Virus record (IMG/VR): IMGVR_UViG_3300021479_000014 | Coordinates: 1-64,000 of that record | Origin: a virus | DNA: 64,000 nt | Strand: one strand, 5' to 3' | Part shown: one piece after another, positions 37,594 through 46,641 of the stretch | Position numbering within the stretch: position 1 is the stretch's first letter | Layout: every line of letters starts with the position of its first letter | Position numbers and translations under genes: made by a program | The notes under the pieces: model-generated | Databases searched by the model: none | What the model was told of the DNA's origin: nothing | Seen by the model: the letters and a program-made list of their open reading frames with translations, nothing else

Positions 37594-37660
37594 GACCGAA
37601 ACTGGCCGCAGTGATGCGCCCAGTCGTTGCGTAATGCGCAGCCTGACGATGGTCAGTAAC
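37594..37660 (+). ncRNA. type II hammerhead ribozyme (extra U before stem II)
   Basis: GACC-GAAA-CTGG..CCAG-TC-GTTGCG/CGCAGC-CTGACGA-T-GGTC; predicted cleavage after 37625. Confidence 0.88.
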
Positions 37661-37674
37661 CCAAGGAGATGTAA

Positions 37675-37818
37675 ATGGGCGATCCAGAAGAGCATAAAGA
37701 CGAAGAGTTGACTGTAAAATCTGATGCTCCAAAGGAAGAAGGGCCAAAAACAGATCCAGAAGAGAAAGAGGCGGATCCAATTCGCCCAGGAGAAGGCGGA
37801 CAACCTGAAGTAGCGTAA
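37675..37818 (+). CDS. 47-aa acidic peptide
   Basis: AAGGAG RBS; MGDPEEHKDEE...PEVA; not in ORF track. Confidence 0.6.
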   Translation: MGDPEEHKDEELTVKSDAPKEEGPKTDPEEKEADPIRPGEGGQPEVA

Positions 37819-37825
37819 TCAACTT

Positions 37826-37860
37826 GCCGCTCCCATTTTAGGGAGGATGGGAGCGGTTTT
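37826..37860 (+). terminator. intrinsic terminator-like hairpin
   Basis: CCGCTCCCAT..ATGGGAGCGG-TTTT. Confidence 0.6.
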
Positions 37861-37875
37861 AACTAGGGATGGAAA

Positions 37876-38085
37876 ATGATAACCATAAAAGAAATCACTT
37901 CTATGAAAGAGTTTGCTATCATAAGAAGTGCTTTGGAACTATATGTCGCTACTCTGAGTGAAGAGTATGACAGTAAGCAAACACGCCTCAAACTTAAAAA
38001 ACTTGAGGAAGCCCAAAAATGTCTGAAAGACTTCAAACAACTAGGAGAACAAAATGGCAAACTTCAAAAGGCTACCGTCACTTAA
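37876..38085 (+). CDS. hypothetical protein
   Basis: Operon context. Confidence 0.55.
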   Translation: MITIKEITSMKEFAIIRSALELYVATLSEEYDSKQTRLKLKKLEEAQKCLKDFKQLGEQNGKLQKATVT

Positions 38086-38323
38086 ACCCTGCCATTGCGG
38101 CAGCGGTTTGGAAAGAGAAGCGCGTTATGATGCGCGTGGAATCTTCCTCACATATGTCTGCGAGAAGTGTGTGGAAGAGAAACTGGGTAAATTTCGCCCG
38201 GAAGTTCTAACTGATCCCAATTATGATCTTATGGGAGAAGAGTTAGACGATGATGGTGATCTTGCAGATCCTGATATTCATCGCGATCTGCCGGATTTTG
38301 AAGATCCGGATGTTCTCAGATGA
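38054..38323 (+). CDS. Zn-binding hypothetical protein
   Basis: CHCGSG..YDARGI...VCEKC, acidic tail. Confidence 0.7.
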   Translation: MANFKRLPSLKPCHCGSGLEREARYDARGIFLTYVCEKCVEEKLGKFRPEVLTDPNYDLMGEELDDDGDLADPDIHRDLPDFEDPDVLR

Positions 38324-38679
38324 AAACTCTTATCACGATGGGTGCGCTGCTAATTTCAGGCAGCGCACAGGCTATGTGTGATTTTGAACATCATTGCTAT
38401 CAAGATACACCACCGCCGCAAGTATATCATAATCTAAACGGAGACGTGATACCGCCTCCGCCTCCTCAATATCCTAAGCCTAATCAAATTATAGTTCATG
38501 CACCAACACCACAAGTGACAATAAATGCGAATGTTTGTAAGTTGGTAAGAATTAGAGTAGCGCCAGAAGCTCCACAAACAATAGTTGAAATCTGCACAAT
38601 GTCTGATGATGAAGAAAGAATGTATCGTCAGAGACAGAGTCAACTACAAGCATCTATTCCACAATTTCAACCCTATTAA
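38320..38679 (+). CDS. secreted Pro-rich protein
   Basis: Signal peptide ending AQA. Confidence 0.6.
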   Translation: MKTLITMGALLISGSAQAMCDFEHHCYQDTPPPQVYHNLNGDVIPPPPPQYPKPNQIIVHAPTPQVTINANVCKLVRIRVAPEAPQTIVEICTMSDDEERMYRQRQSQLQASIPQFQPY

Positions 38680-38736
38680 GGAATCACCTGGTCTTTTCAA
38701 CAGCCCCCCGGTTGTTATAGGCCAGGTGAAGACTTG

Positions 38737-38773
38737 CCGCCAGGATTTGTACTGCGTACCTGGCGGATTTTTT
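38737..38773 (+). terminator. intrinsic terminator
   Basis: CCGCCAGG..CCTGGCGG-ATTTTTT, preceded by a second long hairpin at about 38684-38729. Confidence 0.65.
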
Positions 38774-38792
38774 GTCAATTTAGGAGGCAGTA

Positions 38793-39005
38793 ATGGCAAC
38801 CTATCATTATTCCATGTTGGGAATGGTAAGAGTAAGACAACTTCCAGATAAATGGGTACTTGAAGTATCCTACAAGGATGAGGATGTCCAATCTGGATAT
38901 TACAAACATGACCAGATATGGCACCTAGTAGGCGAATGTTCTGATCTTGTCCAAGTAGGTGAACTAGTTTTGAACCTATGCAAAGAGGAGACCAAACGTG
39001 TCTGA
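38793..39005 (+). CDS. hypothetical protein
   Basis: AGGAGG RBS. Confidence 0.65.
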   Translation: MATYHYSMLGMVRVRQLPDKWVLEVSYKDEDVQSGYYKHDQIWHLVGECSDLVQVGELVLNLCKEETKRV

Positions 39006-39214
39006 CTCAAGGAGGAAAGAAAGTGGTTGAGCAAAGGCGTTATATGAGTATCGTAATTGCCATCCTCAGAGAGGAAGGTTTGTACAGTATGGCAATGTCT
39101 AATGATCTGTATGTGTGGATCAACAAGCGTATCAGCGAGAACCATCAGAAAGGTCTCACTGTCCTAGAATGTGTGAAAAATATCAAGAAGGAACTTCAGC
39201 ATGCCAGAGCATAA
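38978..39214 (+). CDS. hypothetical protein (start uncertain)
   Basis: AAGGAGG RBS internal. Confidence 0.5.
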   Translation: MQRGDQTCLTQGGKKVVEQRRYMSIVIAILREEGLYSMAMSNDLYVWINKRISENHQKGLTVLECVKNIKKELQHARA

Positions 39215-39569
39215 ACTGCCAAAGCGTTTAAAGCTACCAGTAGTTCCGATGGAAGGTAACTTCATGTTTATAATTAAACCTGAAGATACTCAATTTGCTG
39301 AAGGGAAGATATTGGAGACTTTACCAGATGTTGATATGCTTACATTTGGAGTTGGCGGTTTATTAGAAATCATCCCTTTATTCACTAAGTTTGGTGGACG
39401 TCCATGTGTTGCTTTCTGTAATGAAGAAGGCAAATTATATGGACTTCCTCCTAATCATTTAGCCCATATGCTTTGGGAACAAAACTTGGGGCGCATCATA
39501 ACTGAAGATCAACTTGTTGGAAATGTGGTTGTTGTTGTAGGATCACCATCATTCTTAAGGAGGATGTGA
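39201..39569 (+). CDS. DUF3846-like protein
   Basis: VGGLLE..CNEEGKL.GLPPN..A..LVGNVVV. Confidence 0.7.
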   Translation: MPEHKLPKRLKLPVVPMEGNFMFIIKPEDTQFAEGKILETLPDVDMLTFGVGGLLEIIPLFTKFGGRPCVAFCNEEGKLYGLPPNHLAHMLWEQNLGRIITEDQLVGNVVVVVGSPSFLRRM

Positions 39570-39868
39570 TGAAGAAAATCCTCGTCATAACTCTAACCAT
39601 AGGAACGATAAATGCAGCAGATGCTCATTGTTACTCTCGCTGGTATTATCCGTTTCCTCAAAACTGTGGAGTCGCTTATCGCAGCCACTCCCATCGCATG
39701 GCTCTATTACAGCTTGATTCCACTCCTCCTGTTCGTCCTGTTTCTATTGATTTCCCATTACCTGATCTGAGTGGAATATGGATCAACGCTACAGAAACTC
39801 CAGAACAATTAGAATTAATGGAAGCAATGGATCGTATCAAAGCTATTAGAATATTATCAAATAATTAA
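39566..39868 (+). CDS. secreted hypothetical protein
   Basis: Signal peptide ADA; CYSRWYYPFPQNC. Confidence 0.6.
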   Translation: MMKKILVITLTIGTINAADAHCYSRWYYPFPQNCGVAYRSHSHRMALLQLDSTPPVRPVSIDFPLPDLSGIWINATETPEQLELMEAMDRIKAIRILSNN

Positions 39869-39894
39869 TTTGCCAATTTGGCAAGGAGACAGCT

Positions 39895-40227
39895 ATGAAT
39901 AAGGCAGAACTCAAGGTAGTTGCTGATGCCAAGGGAGAAATTGAAGATGCAAAGGAGAAAGTTTCCAATTTTATCGATGAGATCATAACAAAGACAATAG
40001 ATCCAATGATAGAAACCATTGGAAATCTGCAAGATGAGCTGCAAGCGCAGTTTGACGATCTTTCTGAGAAGACCCAGGAAGGTGATAAGGGGACAAAACT
40101 CACAGAAGAAATAGACGCTCTTGGTGAGCTCAAAGATGAACTCGATACGTTCAAGACAGAGTTTGATGATACAGCGTTCGACGATATCATCGCTAAGTTC
40201 GATGATGTACCAGGACTGACTGCATAG
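39895..40227 (+). CDS. acidic coiled-coil protein
   Basis: FDDLSEKTQEGDKG motif; very acidic. Confidence 0.7.
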   Translation: MNKAELKVVADAKGEIEDAKEKVSNFIDEIITKTIDPMIETIGNLQDELQAQFDDLSEKTQEGDKGTKLTEEIDALGELKDELDTFKTEFDDTAFDDIIAKFDDVPGLTA

Positions 40228-40229
40228 TT

Positions 40230-40358
40230 TTGCTTGACGTACCAGCCTTAAGGCTACCGCAAACCCCCGACAGGAACTGGCGTTGATATAGCACAGTCAA
40301 CGAAAGTCAAGCAATGGGTGGGAGGAGGTATTTTGAATGGCATCCTAGCCTCCTCCCA
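40230..40358 (+). ncRNA. structured intergenic RNA plus terminator-like hairpin
   Basis: TTGCTTGAC/GTCAAGCAA enclosing two helices; TGGGAGGAGG/CCTCCTCCCA. Confidence 0.45.
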
Positions 40359-40366
40359 TTTCTTAT

Positions 40367-40609
40367 ATGGAGAGAAAAATGAACACATGTGAAGTTATGC
40401 ACCAATATAAAGATGGGTTAGTAATAAAATGGAATAATTCTATATGGGTTGTTAGAGCAGATGGAGATCAGCCATCCTTGTGGCCTGTTGCGATTGTTGA
40501 GCGCAATGCACAAGGAAGATTATCATTCAAAATTCCTAAAGGAACTGACATTGCTAATGCCAATGCAGTTCTTGCATCACTTATCGGAATTAATGACTTC
40601 TTTAAATAG
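40367..40609 (+). CDS. hypothetical protein
   Basis: RBS. Confidence 0.6.
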   Translation: MERKMNTCEVMHQYKDGLVIKWNNSIWVVRADGDQPSLWPVAIVERNAQGRLSFKIPKGTDIANANAVLASLIGINDFFK

Positions 40610-40618
40610 GAGCGCCAC

Positions 40619-40843
40619 ATGCCAGTAGGTCCAGGTAAATATGATGGAGAAGCAACATGGGTACAAGCGCGCACCCAAGCTACTGGTGTATTACTAATGA
40701 TAGTAGACGGTAATAAAGGTAATGGATTTTCAATAGCCAGTTTTGATATTCAAGCAACTCTTGATATTACATTGGTATTACCAAAATTATTAAGGGAAAT
40801 GGCAAATCAAATCGAACAAGAAATCTCTAAAATGGGTCATTAA
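40619..40843 (+). CDS. hypothetical protein
   Basis: MPVGPGKYD..GNKGNGFS motif. Confidence 0.65.
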   Translation: MPVGPGKYDGEATWVQARTQATGVLLMIVDGNKGNGFSIASFDIQATLDITLVLPKLLREMANQIEQEISKMGH

Positions 40844-40844
40844 A

Positions 40845-41078
40845 ATGACAAAAACTAAACCGTCTAATCAACAAGTACAATTCCGATTGTTACAAATGCC
40901 ATGTTGTAATATTTTGATCTGTTGGGTTAATCCACGCAGACCAATGTATTGTCCAGAATGTGGAACAAGAGTGTTCCATGCCTATCCAAAAGCAAGATGG
41001 GAAGAACAATATTCTGAAGCATGGTTACGTGTAACTGACTATGAGAAAGCGACTTGGAAAGATGAAAAAGAAACATGA
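40845..41078 (+). CDS. Zn-ribbon protein
   Basis: MPCC..CWVNPR..YCPECG. Confidence 0.65.
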   Translation: MTKTKPSNQQVQFRLLQMPCCNILICWVNPRRPMYCPECGTRVFHAYPKARWEEQYSEAWLRVTDYEKATWKDEKET

Positions 41079-41304
41079 AGAGCATGATGAAAAGACCTGC
41101 TTTCGTTGCAGACTTCATGCACTATTTGAAGAAATATATCCGAAAGGTATTGGTGATGATGAAAGATTTATATTGACTACACTTGCTGAGGCAGTAGGTC
41201 AACTATTATCAGGAATGGATGATCGTGAAGCAGCATATTTTATGTTTGCAGTAATGAAATATATGCAAGAAGATGATGAAGACGAAACACCCACAGAACA
41301 CTAG
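41062..41304 (+). CDS. hypothetical protein
   Basis: Operon context. Confidence 0.55.
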   Translation: MKKKHEEHDEKTCFRCRLHALFEEIYPKGIGDDERFILTTLAEAVGQLLSGMDDREAAYFMFAVMKYMQEDDEDETPTEH

Positions 41305-41314
41305 GAGGCGCAAC

Positions 41315-41599
41315 ATGGCTAAGTTTGAAGAATCAATCGATCCCACTGAAAGGCTTACGTTCTTTCCAGATGGAACTGCTCTAGTTATCAGGTATTCGCC
41401 GTGGACAGGTAAATTCAATAAAGTTACCATACGACTTACTGAAGAACAATATAATAATTGGCACAACAAGCGTATGCTGATACAAGATGCAATGCCTCAT
41501 CTAGATAAAGATGAGCGTGAGTTTTTAATGACAGGCTATACCCCTACAGATTGGGCGACAATATTTCCTCCAGAAGACGAGGATGATAAAGACGTTTAA
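41315..41599 (+). CDS. hypothetical protein
   Basis: LIQDAMPHL..DEREFLMTG.T..DW motif. Confidence 0.7.
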   Translation: MAKFEESIDPTERLTFFPDGTALVIRYSPWTGKFNKVTIRLTEEQYNNWHNKRMLIQDAMPHLDKDEREFLMTGYTPTDWATIFPPEDEDDKDV

Positions 41600-41610
41600 T
41601 GGGGGAATAA

Positions 41611-41811
41611 ATGGAAACGTCTCCTTGGAACAGGAAGCTCCATAAATATCTAATGACTAATGGATATAAATACACTCAACATTATCGTTATGATAGATAT
41701 GACAAAGGTAAGATAACCATCTTCTATTATATCAATAACTACATAATGATTCTAGAGGGAGGGGAACCAGCATCAAGTAGAATAGTACGTGAAATAGAAA
41801 GTGTACTCTAA
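41611..41811 (+). CDS. hypothetical protein
   Basis: Operon context. Confidence 0.5.
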   Translation: METSPWNRKLHKYLMTNGYKYTQHYRYDRYDKGKITIFYYINNYIMILEGGEPASSRIVREIESVL

Positions 41812-42835
41812 CCAGGAAACTAAAATGTATCTCATGGATCATATAATAGAAACAGTTCACGAAGCTAAAAAGAGACGATTGTTGAATCATCCAGTTATAA
41901 GTGTCTTCCCAATATTGGAAGAGAAACTGAAAGGATGTCCACGTTTCTTATTTGATGAAAACTCAATACATACAGCAGTTGAACTTACTCTGGGGCGCCC
42001 CAAAGTTCTCAGAGAAGCCATGGCGCATCTTACCATACCTTATTCAAGAATGTGGATAGAATGGCCAGAATCTGGTAGAGAAAGATTGAGGCAAACATTC
42101 TCAATAGATGCTTTTGAGCATCCAAATAGACCTTTACCAACCCGTCTTGGCTTTTTGTTAGAAGCAGATGAAGCTGGTAGAAAAGGAATGGTAACTTGGG
42201 TCTGGAGTAATCATTTTATTAAAAAAGGAGAGCCACCTAATGTGTGTCCAATATCTGCTTTCTTTGATCTAGATTTTGATTACGGAAAGTTATCCAATTC
42301 GCATATGTCAAGCTTTTTGGACGCAAATCTAGCACACATTTGGAGAAACAAACCAATTCAATTAGCTGCGCTCCAGAGTATATGGGACACAGCAGTACAT
42401 AAGCCATCTGATTGGGGAATGAGATTTCTAGAACTTCCTACTCCAACATCTCCATTTGGACACACCAATAATGAAGTAGCCAATTTCTACGCAGACGTTT
42501 ATGGTGAATACATTATGGTTTGGTCTTGCCTAATGCTTCTTACCAGTTCTAGGAAGATCATAGATCTAGAAGAAGTTGACATGTCTAAACTTAATCAGAT
42601 TCGTAAACGAATGAACAAACCTGTAAAGCTGGACCATACTGTAGTGAGCATGTATATTAATCAAGATGTTCACGTACACAAGCCAGGTGTGCCGTTAGGA
42701 TTTGATAGAAAGAGTCCTCGAATTCATATGGTTTCTCGCTATCTAAATAGACGTGGCGATAAACATTGGATAGTGGAGCCTTTCTGGCGCGGCAAAGGTG
42801 AAGTTATAAGCAGACATGTGAAGGTAAAAGTTTAG
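41801..42835 (+). CDS. conserved phage protein
   Basis: 344 aa; C-terminal SPRIHMV....W..PFWRG. Confidence 0.75.
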   Translation: MYSNQETKMYLMDHIIETVHEAKKRRLLNHPVISVFPILEEKLKGCPRFLFDENSIHTAVELTLGRPKVLREAMAHLTIPYSRMWIEWPESGRERLRQTFSIDAFEHPNRPLPTRLGFLLEADEAGRKGMVTWVWSNHFIKKGEPPNVCPISAFFDLDFDYGKLSNSHMSSFLDANLAHIWRNKPIQLAALQSIWDTAVHKPSDWGMRFLELPTPTSPFGHTNNEVANFYADVYGEYIMVWSCLMLLTSSRKIIDLEEVDMSKLNQIRKRMNKPVKLDHTVVSMYINQDVHVHKPGVPLGFDRKSPRIHMVSRYLNRRGDKHWIVEPFWRGKGEVISRHVKVKV

Positions 42836-42844
42836 GAGTGCAAC

Positions 42845-43120
42845 ATGACTTATGAAGTAGTATCATTTACCGGTGATTTCCCATTAGCACATCAGCCTAA
42901 TTGGGATGTCCAATACGTAACAAGAGCAGAAGCTATCAAAGAAGGTAGACTTCAACATGAACTATTCAACATAGAACAACATAATGAACATTATACTATG
43001 GTTTTAGATTTAGATAAAGATGAAGATAATGAAGTTGAATGGATAATTTATCAAGATAAAGAATATGTAGGACGTAAAGCTCAAATACTTGCTGATGATT
43101 TAGCAGGAGAATGTACGTGA
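42845..43120 (+). CDS. hypothetical protein
   Basis: AGGAG RBS. Confidence 0.6.
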   Translation: MTYEVVSFTGDFPLAHQPNWDVQYVTRAEAIKEGRLQHELFNIEQHNEHYTMVLDLDKDEDNEVEWIIYQDKEYVGRKAQILADDLAGECT

Positions 43121-43317
43121 CAGCAGACGAATATGAATATTTCATTAAGCAATTAAATCCAAATTGTTGGAAAATATATAAAGTAGATGGACATTATAAA
43201 GAACCAACTGATACTTATACAGTTATGCTACACCGTGGCTATTATCAATGTGATTGTCCAGCACCAAAACACTGCAAGCACATTGATATGGTCAAACCCA
43301 AGAAGGATCTATTCTAA
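43111..43317 (+). CDS. SWIM zinc-finger protein ending KKDLF
   Basis: YTV....QCDCPA..HCKHI. Confidence 0.7.
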   Translation: MYVTADEYEYFIKQLNPNCWKIYKVDGHYKEPTDTYTVMLHRGYYQCDCPAPKHCKHIDMVKPKKDLF

Positions 43318-43550
43318 TGAAATGTCCTTACTGTAATGGAACTGGAGATTTAATAAATCCTGAAGTTGGTGCACTCATTCTGTTGGCGCGCCAAGCTAAA
43401 GGAATGACACAAGAACAACTTGGTATAGGTTCTAGCTTATCACGCGCACAAATTGCTAATATTGAACTTGGTAAATCAGATGTACCAACAAGAACTTTAG
43501 CGCGTATTGCCCAGACACTTGGTGTTTCTATGAAGGATTTAGTACCGTGA
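43317..43550 (+). CDS. XRE-family HTH regulator
   Basis: GMTQEQL....LSRAQIANIELGK. Confidence 0.85.
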   Translation: MKCPYCNGTGDLINPEVGALILLARQAKGMTQEQLGIGSSLSRAQIANIELGKSDVPTRTLARIAQTLGVSMKDLVP

Positions 43551-44056
43551 CTCGTGAATGTGGAGACTGTACTCTTTGCTGCAAATTGGTACCAGTCAAA
43601 GAGATAGATAAGCCAGCTAATACACGTTGTAAGCATCAACGACAAATAAAGGGTTGTCTTGTTTATCATACAAACAAAATGCCATTCTCTTGCCATGTTT
43701 GGAATTGTCGTTGGCTTGTTAATGCTGATACACACGATTTGGCGCGCCCAGATAGATCGCATTACGTCATAGATATGATGCCAGATTTTGTTATTGCCTT
43801 AGATGGAGATAAGAAGATTCAAATTCAAGTAGTCCAAATTTGGTGCGATGCTAATTATCGAGATGCTTGGAAAGATCCTAAGCTCAAAGCATATATGATG
43901 CGTCGTGGCGCAGAAGGAATTGCGTCTATGATTCGTTACGACTCTTATGAAGCGTTCATTGTTTTTCCGCCTAATATGACTGCCGAAAAGCAATGGATGA
44001 TTAGGTCTGGTGACATGAGAGAGAAGAGTGAGCTAATCGAACTATTGGAGGAATAA
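43547..44056 (+). CDS. YkgJ-like cysteine-cluster protein
   Basis: CGDCTLCCK..C.H..GC.VY..P.SC..W.C.WL. Confidence 0.7.
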   Translation: MTRECGDCTLCCKLVPVKEIDKPANTRCKHQRQIKGCLVYHTNKMPFSCHVWNCRWLVNADTHDLARPDRSHYVIDMMPDFVIALDGDKKIQIQVVQIWCDANYRDAWKDPKLKAYMMRRGAEGIASMIRYDSYEAFIVFPPNMTAEKQWMIRSGDMREKSELIELLEE

Positions 44057-44481
44057 TGGTAAAGTATAAACCAGGTTATGAACATCTATATAAAAGATTT
44101 CCAGGTCATTATAGACAACTCATAATGAATCCAACAAAACCATTTAGACCTAATTATGAATATTTATATACACCATATCCTCCAGAAGATGATGAGGAAA
44201 AATGGCATCATTGGTGTGAATTTCATGGTGTAAAATTATGGACAGATTTAATATTTTGTGACAATTGTTGTAAAATAATTAATCCAAACAGACATTATAA
44301 TAGAAGTATGGTGCCAAATTTATTACCAGCAAGAATACGATATTCAGTACCTGAAAAAATTCTCTGTCAAAGTTGCACAGCAAAAGAAAATTATCAATAT
44401 TACCAACTTGAAGAGATTACGCATCTCACTAGGGAGATTCGTAATATGACGAGGAGAAGCAAACGTGGGAAAAAAGAATAA
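44056..44481 (+). CDS. Zn-binding hypothetical protein
   Basis: CDNC..CQSC. Confidence 0.6.
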   Translation: MVKYKPGYEHLYKRFPGHYRQLIMNPTKPFRPNYEYLYTPYPPEDDEEKWHHWCEFHGVKLWTDLIFCDNCCKIINPNRHYNRSMVPNLLPARIRYSVPEKILCQSCTAKENYQYYQLEEITHLTREIRNMTRRSKRGKKE

Positions 44482-44716
44482 TAAACCAAGACAGATCGTA
44501 AATGACACTCGTGGTTTACGATGGCTACTTTTAGTCTGTATAGATGATCTTGCGAACAGCAGGATCACACCCAACAAGGCAAACGCAATGTCCAATGTTG
44601 CTAATTCGATAATGGACACAATGCGTTTAGAGATGGTATCCACCAGGATTGGCAGTTCTGATGGATACGCGCCTCTGATTCTTGCTAACGTTCCAGAAGA
44701 GATCGAGGCTAGTTAA
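44465..44716 (+). CDS. hypothetical protein
   Basis: Operon context. Confidence 0.55.
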   Translation: MGKKNNKPRQIVNDTRGLRWLLLVCIDDLANSRITPNKANAMSNVANSIMDTMRLEMVSTRIGSSDGYAPLILANVPEEIEAS

Positions 44717-45950
44717 ACAGGTCTTTGACCTCCTGAGAGACAGGCAAAATCTTTTCTCCAAGCTCTTTTGCCTGTCTCTCAAAATCTGGTTCCCATTTAA
44801 CTTCGTTTATCCATGGAAGAACCATCCCATTCTGTTGCGCTGCAAAGATTAAACCGCCAAGACTTTTAGTCCCATTTCTAGGTAGTTCTGGCCGATGCGA
44901 TTTCCATTGCCGTGTAAAGTATCCTTGGCCTCTACCCATAGTTCCGTAGCGTGCGCCTCCTGATACTGCTTCTAAGAACAGTTCAAATGCTTGATCAATT
45001 GTTAGTTGATTAGCTTCGTTGTCGTCATGTATTGCACCTATTAACGGTAGCATAACATTGAGTGTGTACCACTCGTTACTATCTGCTAGATGGTTATCAC
45101 GTATGTAATCAATACATGCTGATGCTTTCTTATACGCTGTCCATTTTGAATCTTTACGAGGGATATATGGTGTACGAACTGTTTCTCGCTGTACTGACAT
45201 CTCTGGTACTAGGCTGCGTAGCTTACGTATATCAGTCTTATGATAGTATTCCTTTAAGAGGTGAGCTAACGCTGGTTTTTGTCCTTTTGCTATCTTTTCT
45301 AATTTTGGATAATTAACAGTGCCAGGTAAGCGCATAACACGATCAACGTTGGACATGTTGTCTACTTTGACAGGTAGATCTTGGAATATGTTGCGCAGCA
45401 TAGCTTCAAAATCGTGTGATAAATTGGTTACACCAGAACGAAATTTTATTAGTTCATTATTTATTTCTTTTTGCACTTCATCATTAGCTGGACGGAATAG
45501 TTGAATATCTATTGCTTCAATAAGAAAATATACAAGCTGAAAACCACCCCCAGAATTAACAACAACTGATGGGCAAATATCTCCTGTTAGTTTCTCATCT
45601 ATAAAGGACGCGATTTGATCTGCATCTCTTTGGAAGGATGTAAAATCTATGTCAAAAGCTAAAGCTCTGATAGCGATAATATCATCAATATTATTCTTGC
45701 CCCACCAACCTTGCCTTTGTGAAACTTTGCACGGTCTATTGACGCTATAATATACGTTTGATTTACGATCTTGTCTTTCTTGAATATCTTGTATGAGTTG
45801 TTTCTGTTGTTGCGCCTCAAAGGTGCAACCTGGTTCCCATTTAGGACCGTTTTGTGGACCTCCGAATGGAGCTTCACTTGCAATAGTATGGCGACCTCCT
45901 GGATCCAGGAGGTCTAGAAAATACAGGCATTGTTTGATATTTAGTTCCAT
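44709..45950 (-). CDS. RepB-like DNA primase
   Basis: NVYYSVN, AFDID, PSVVVNSGGGFQ, DRVMRLPGTVN. Confidence 0.85.
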   Translation of the reverse strand: MELNIKQCLYFLDLLDPGGRHTIASEAPFGGPQNGPKWEPGCTFEAQQQKQLIQDIQERQDRKSNVYYSVNRPCKVSQRQGWWGKNNIDDIIAIRALAFDIDFTSFQRDADQIASFIDEKLTGDICPSVVVNSGGGFQLVYFLIEAIDIQLFRPANDEVQKEINNELIKFRSGVTNLSHDFEAMLRNIFQDLPVKVDNMSNVDRVMRLPGTVNYPKLEKIAKGQKPALAHLLKEYYHKTDIRKLRSLVPEMSVQRETVRTPYIPRKDSKWTAYKKASACIDYIRDNHLADSNEWYTLNVMLPLIGAIHDDNEANQLTIDQAFELFLEAVSGGARYGTMGRGQGYFTRQWKSHRPELPRNGTKSLGGLIFAAQQNGMVLPWINEVKWEPDFERQAKELGEKILPVSQEVKDLFN

Positions 45951-45951
45951 T

Positions 45952-46179
45952 TTATTCCTCCGTGTTGTTTGGACGGAAATTGACTACGTTTTCCTTTTCC
46001 AATTTTACTTCTTGTTTTTGAAATTTATCCCAGGCTTCGTTAAGTTCTTGTTGAGCTTGTCTTAGAATTGAAAATGTATCTTTATAAAGCTTAACAGCAT
46101 CGTCAAACCTCTTTTTAGATGTTTCCCATTCTTTCTTCGCAGATTCAAATTCTGCGGGAAAAAGTTCTGGCATTACCAA
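45952..46179 (-). CDS. coiled-coil hypothetical protein
   Basis: AAGGAG RBS. Confidence 0.6.
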   Translation of the reverse strand: MVMPELFPAEFESAKKEWETSKKRFDDAVKLYKDTFSILRQAQQELNEAWDKFQKQEVKLEKENVVNFRPNNTEE

Positions 46180-46285
46180 TTCTCCTTTTCTTACTTTCTT
46201 GCCCTAAGTATAGCGCAAGTAGAGGCGTAAGTATAGATCGAATATCGCAAGTAGAATGTTAACTCTCACAGCAGGAGCACAACTA

Positions 46286-46636
46286 GTGGCAAACTTCACG
46301 TACAAATCATACAACTTTGTAGACAAAGATCCCATAATTGATGAGATAAGGACTGTCTATCAAGATAGCGGTGTGAATTATAGGTGGATTGAAGAAAATT
46401 CTGGTGTAACTGCCCAGACATTATCTGCTTGGTTTAATGGCAGAACTAAGAAGCCACAGGCAGCAACCATCAACGCAGTTCTTCGATCATTAGGCTACAA
46501 GCTCGGTATTGTTGAATATGGGAAACAACAAGTTAAAGTTTTTCCAGCAATGGAACAGCCAAAAACTTCTGTTAGACATCAAAATGTCGTAACAATCCAG
46601 AAATACAACAAGTTCAAGAAAGCTAAAAGAAGATGA
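46286..46636 (+). CDS. XRE-family HTH protein
   Basis: SGVTAQTLSAWFNGRTKKPQAATI; GTG start with AGGAG. Confidence 0.75.
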   Translation: MANFTYKSYNFVDKDPIIDEIRTVYQDSGVNYRWIEENSGVTAQTLSAWFNGRTKKPQAATINAVLRSLGYKLGIVEYGKQQVKVFPAMEQPKTSVRHQNVVTIQKYNKFKKAKRR

Positions 46637-46641
46637 AGAAT

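Noticed and set aside
34414-37660. CRISPR-like array from repeated intergenic sequences
   Set aside because: Repeats are separated by whole genes and are explained by ribozyme cores and RBSs
40230-40314. Fourth hammerhead
   Set aside because: No CUGANGA core
46205-46257. Divergent promoters with TAAGTATAG and CGCAAGTAGA repeats
   Set aside because: Repeats are real, but no convincing -35/-10 pair at 17 bp could be assigned
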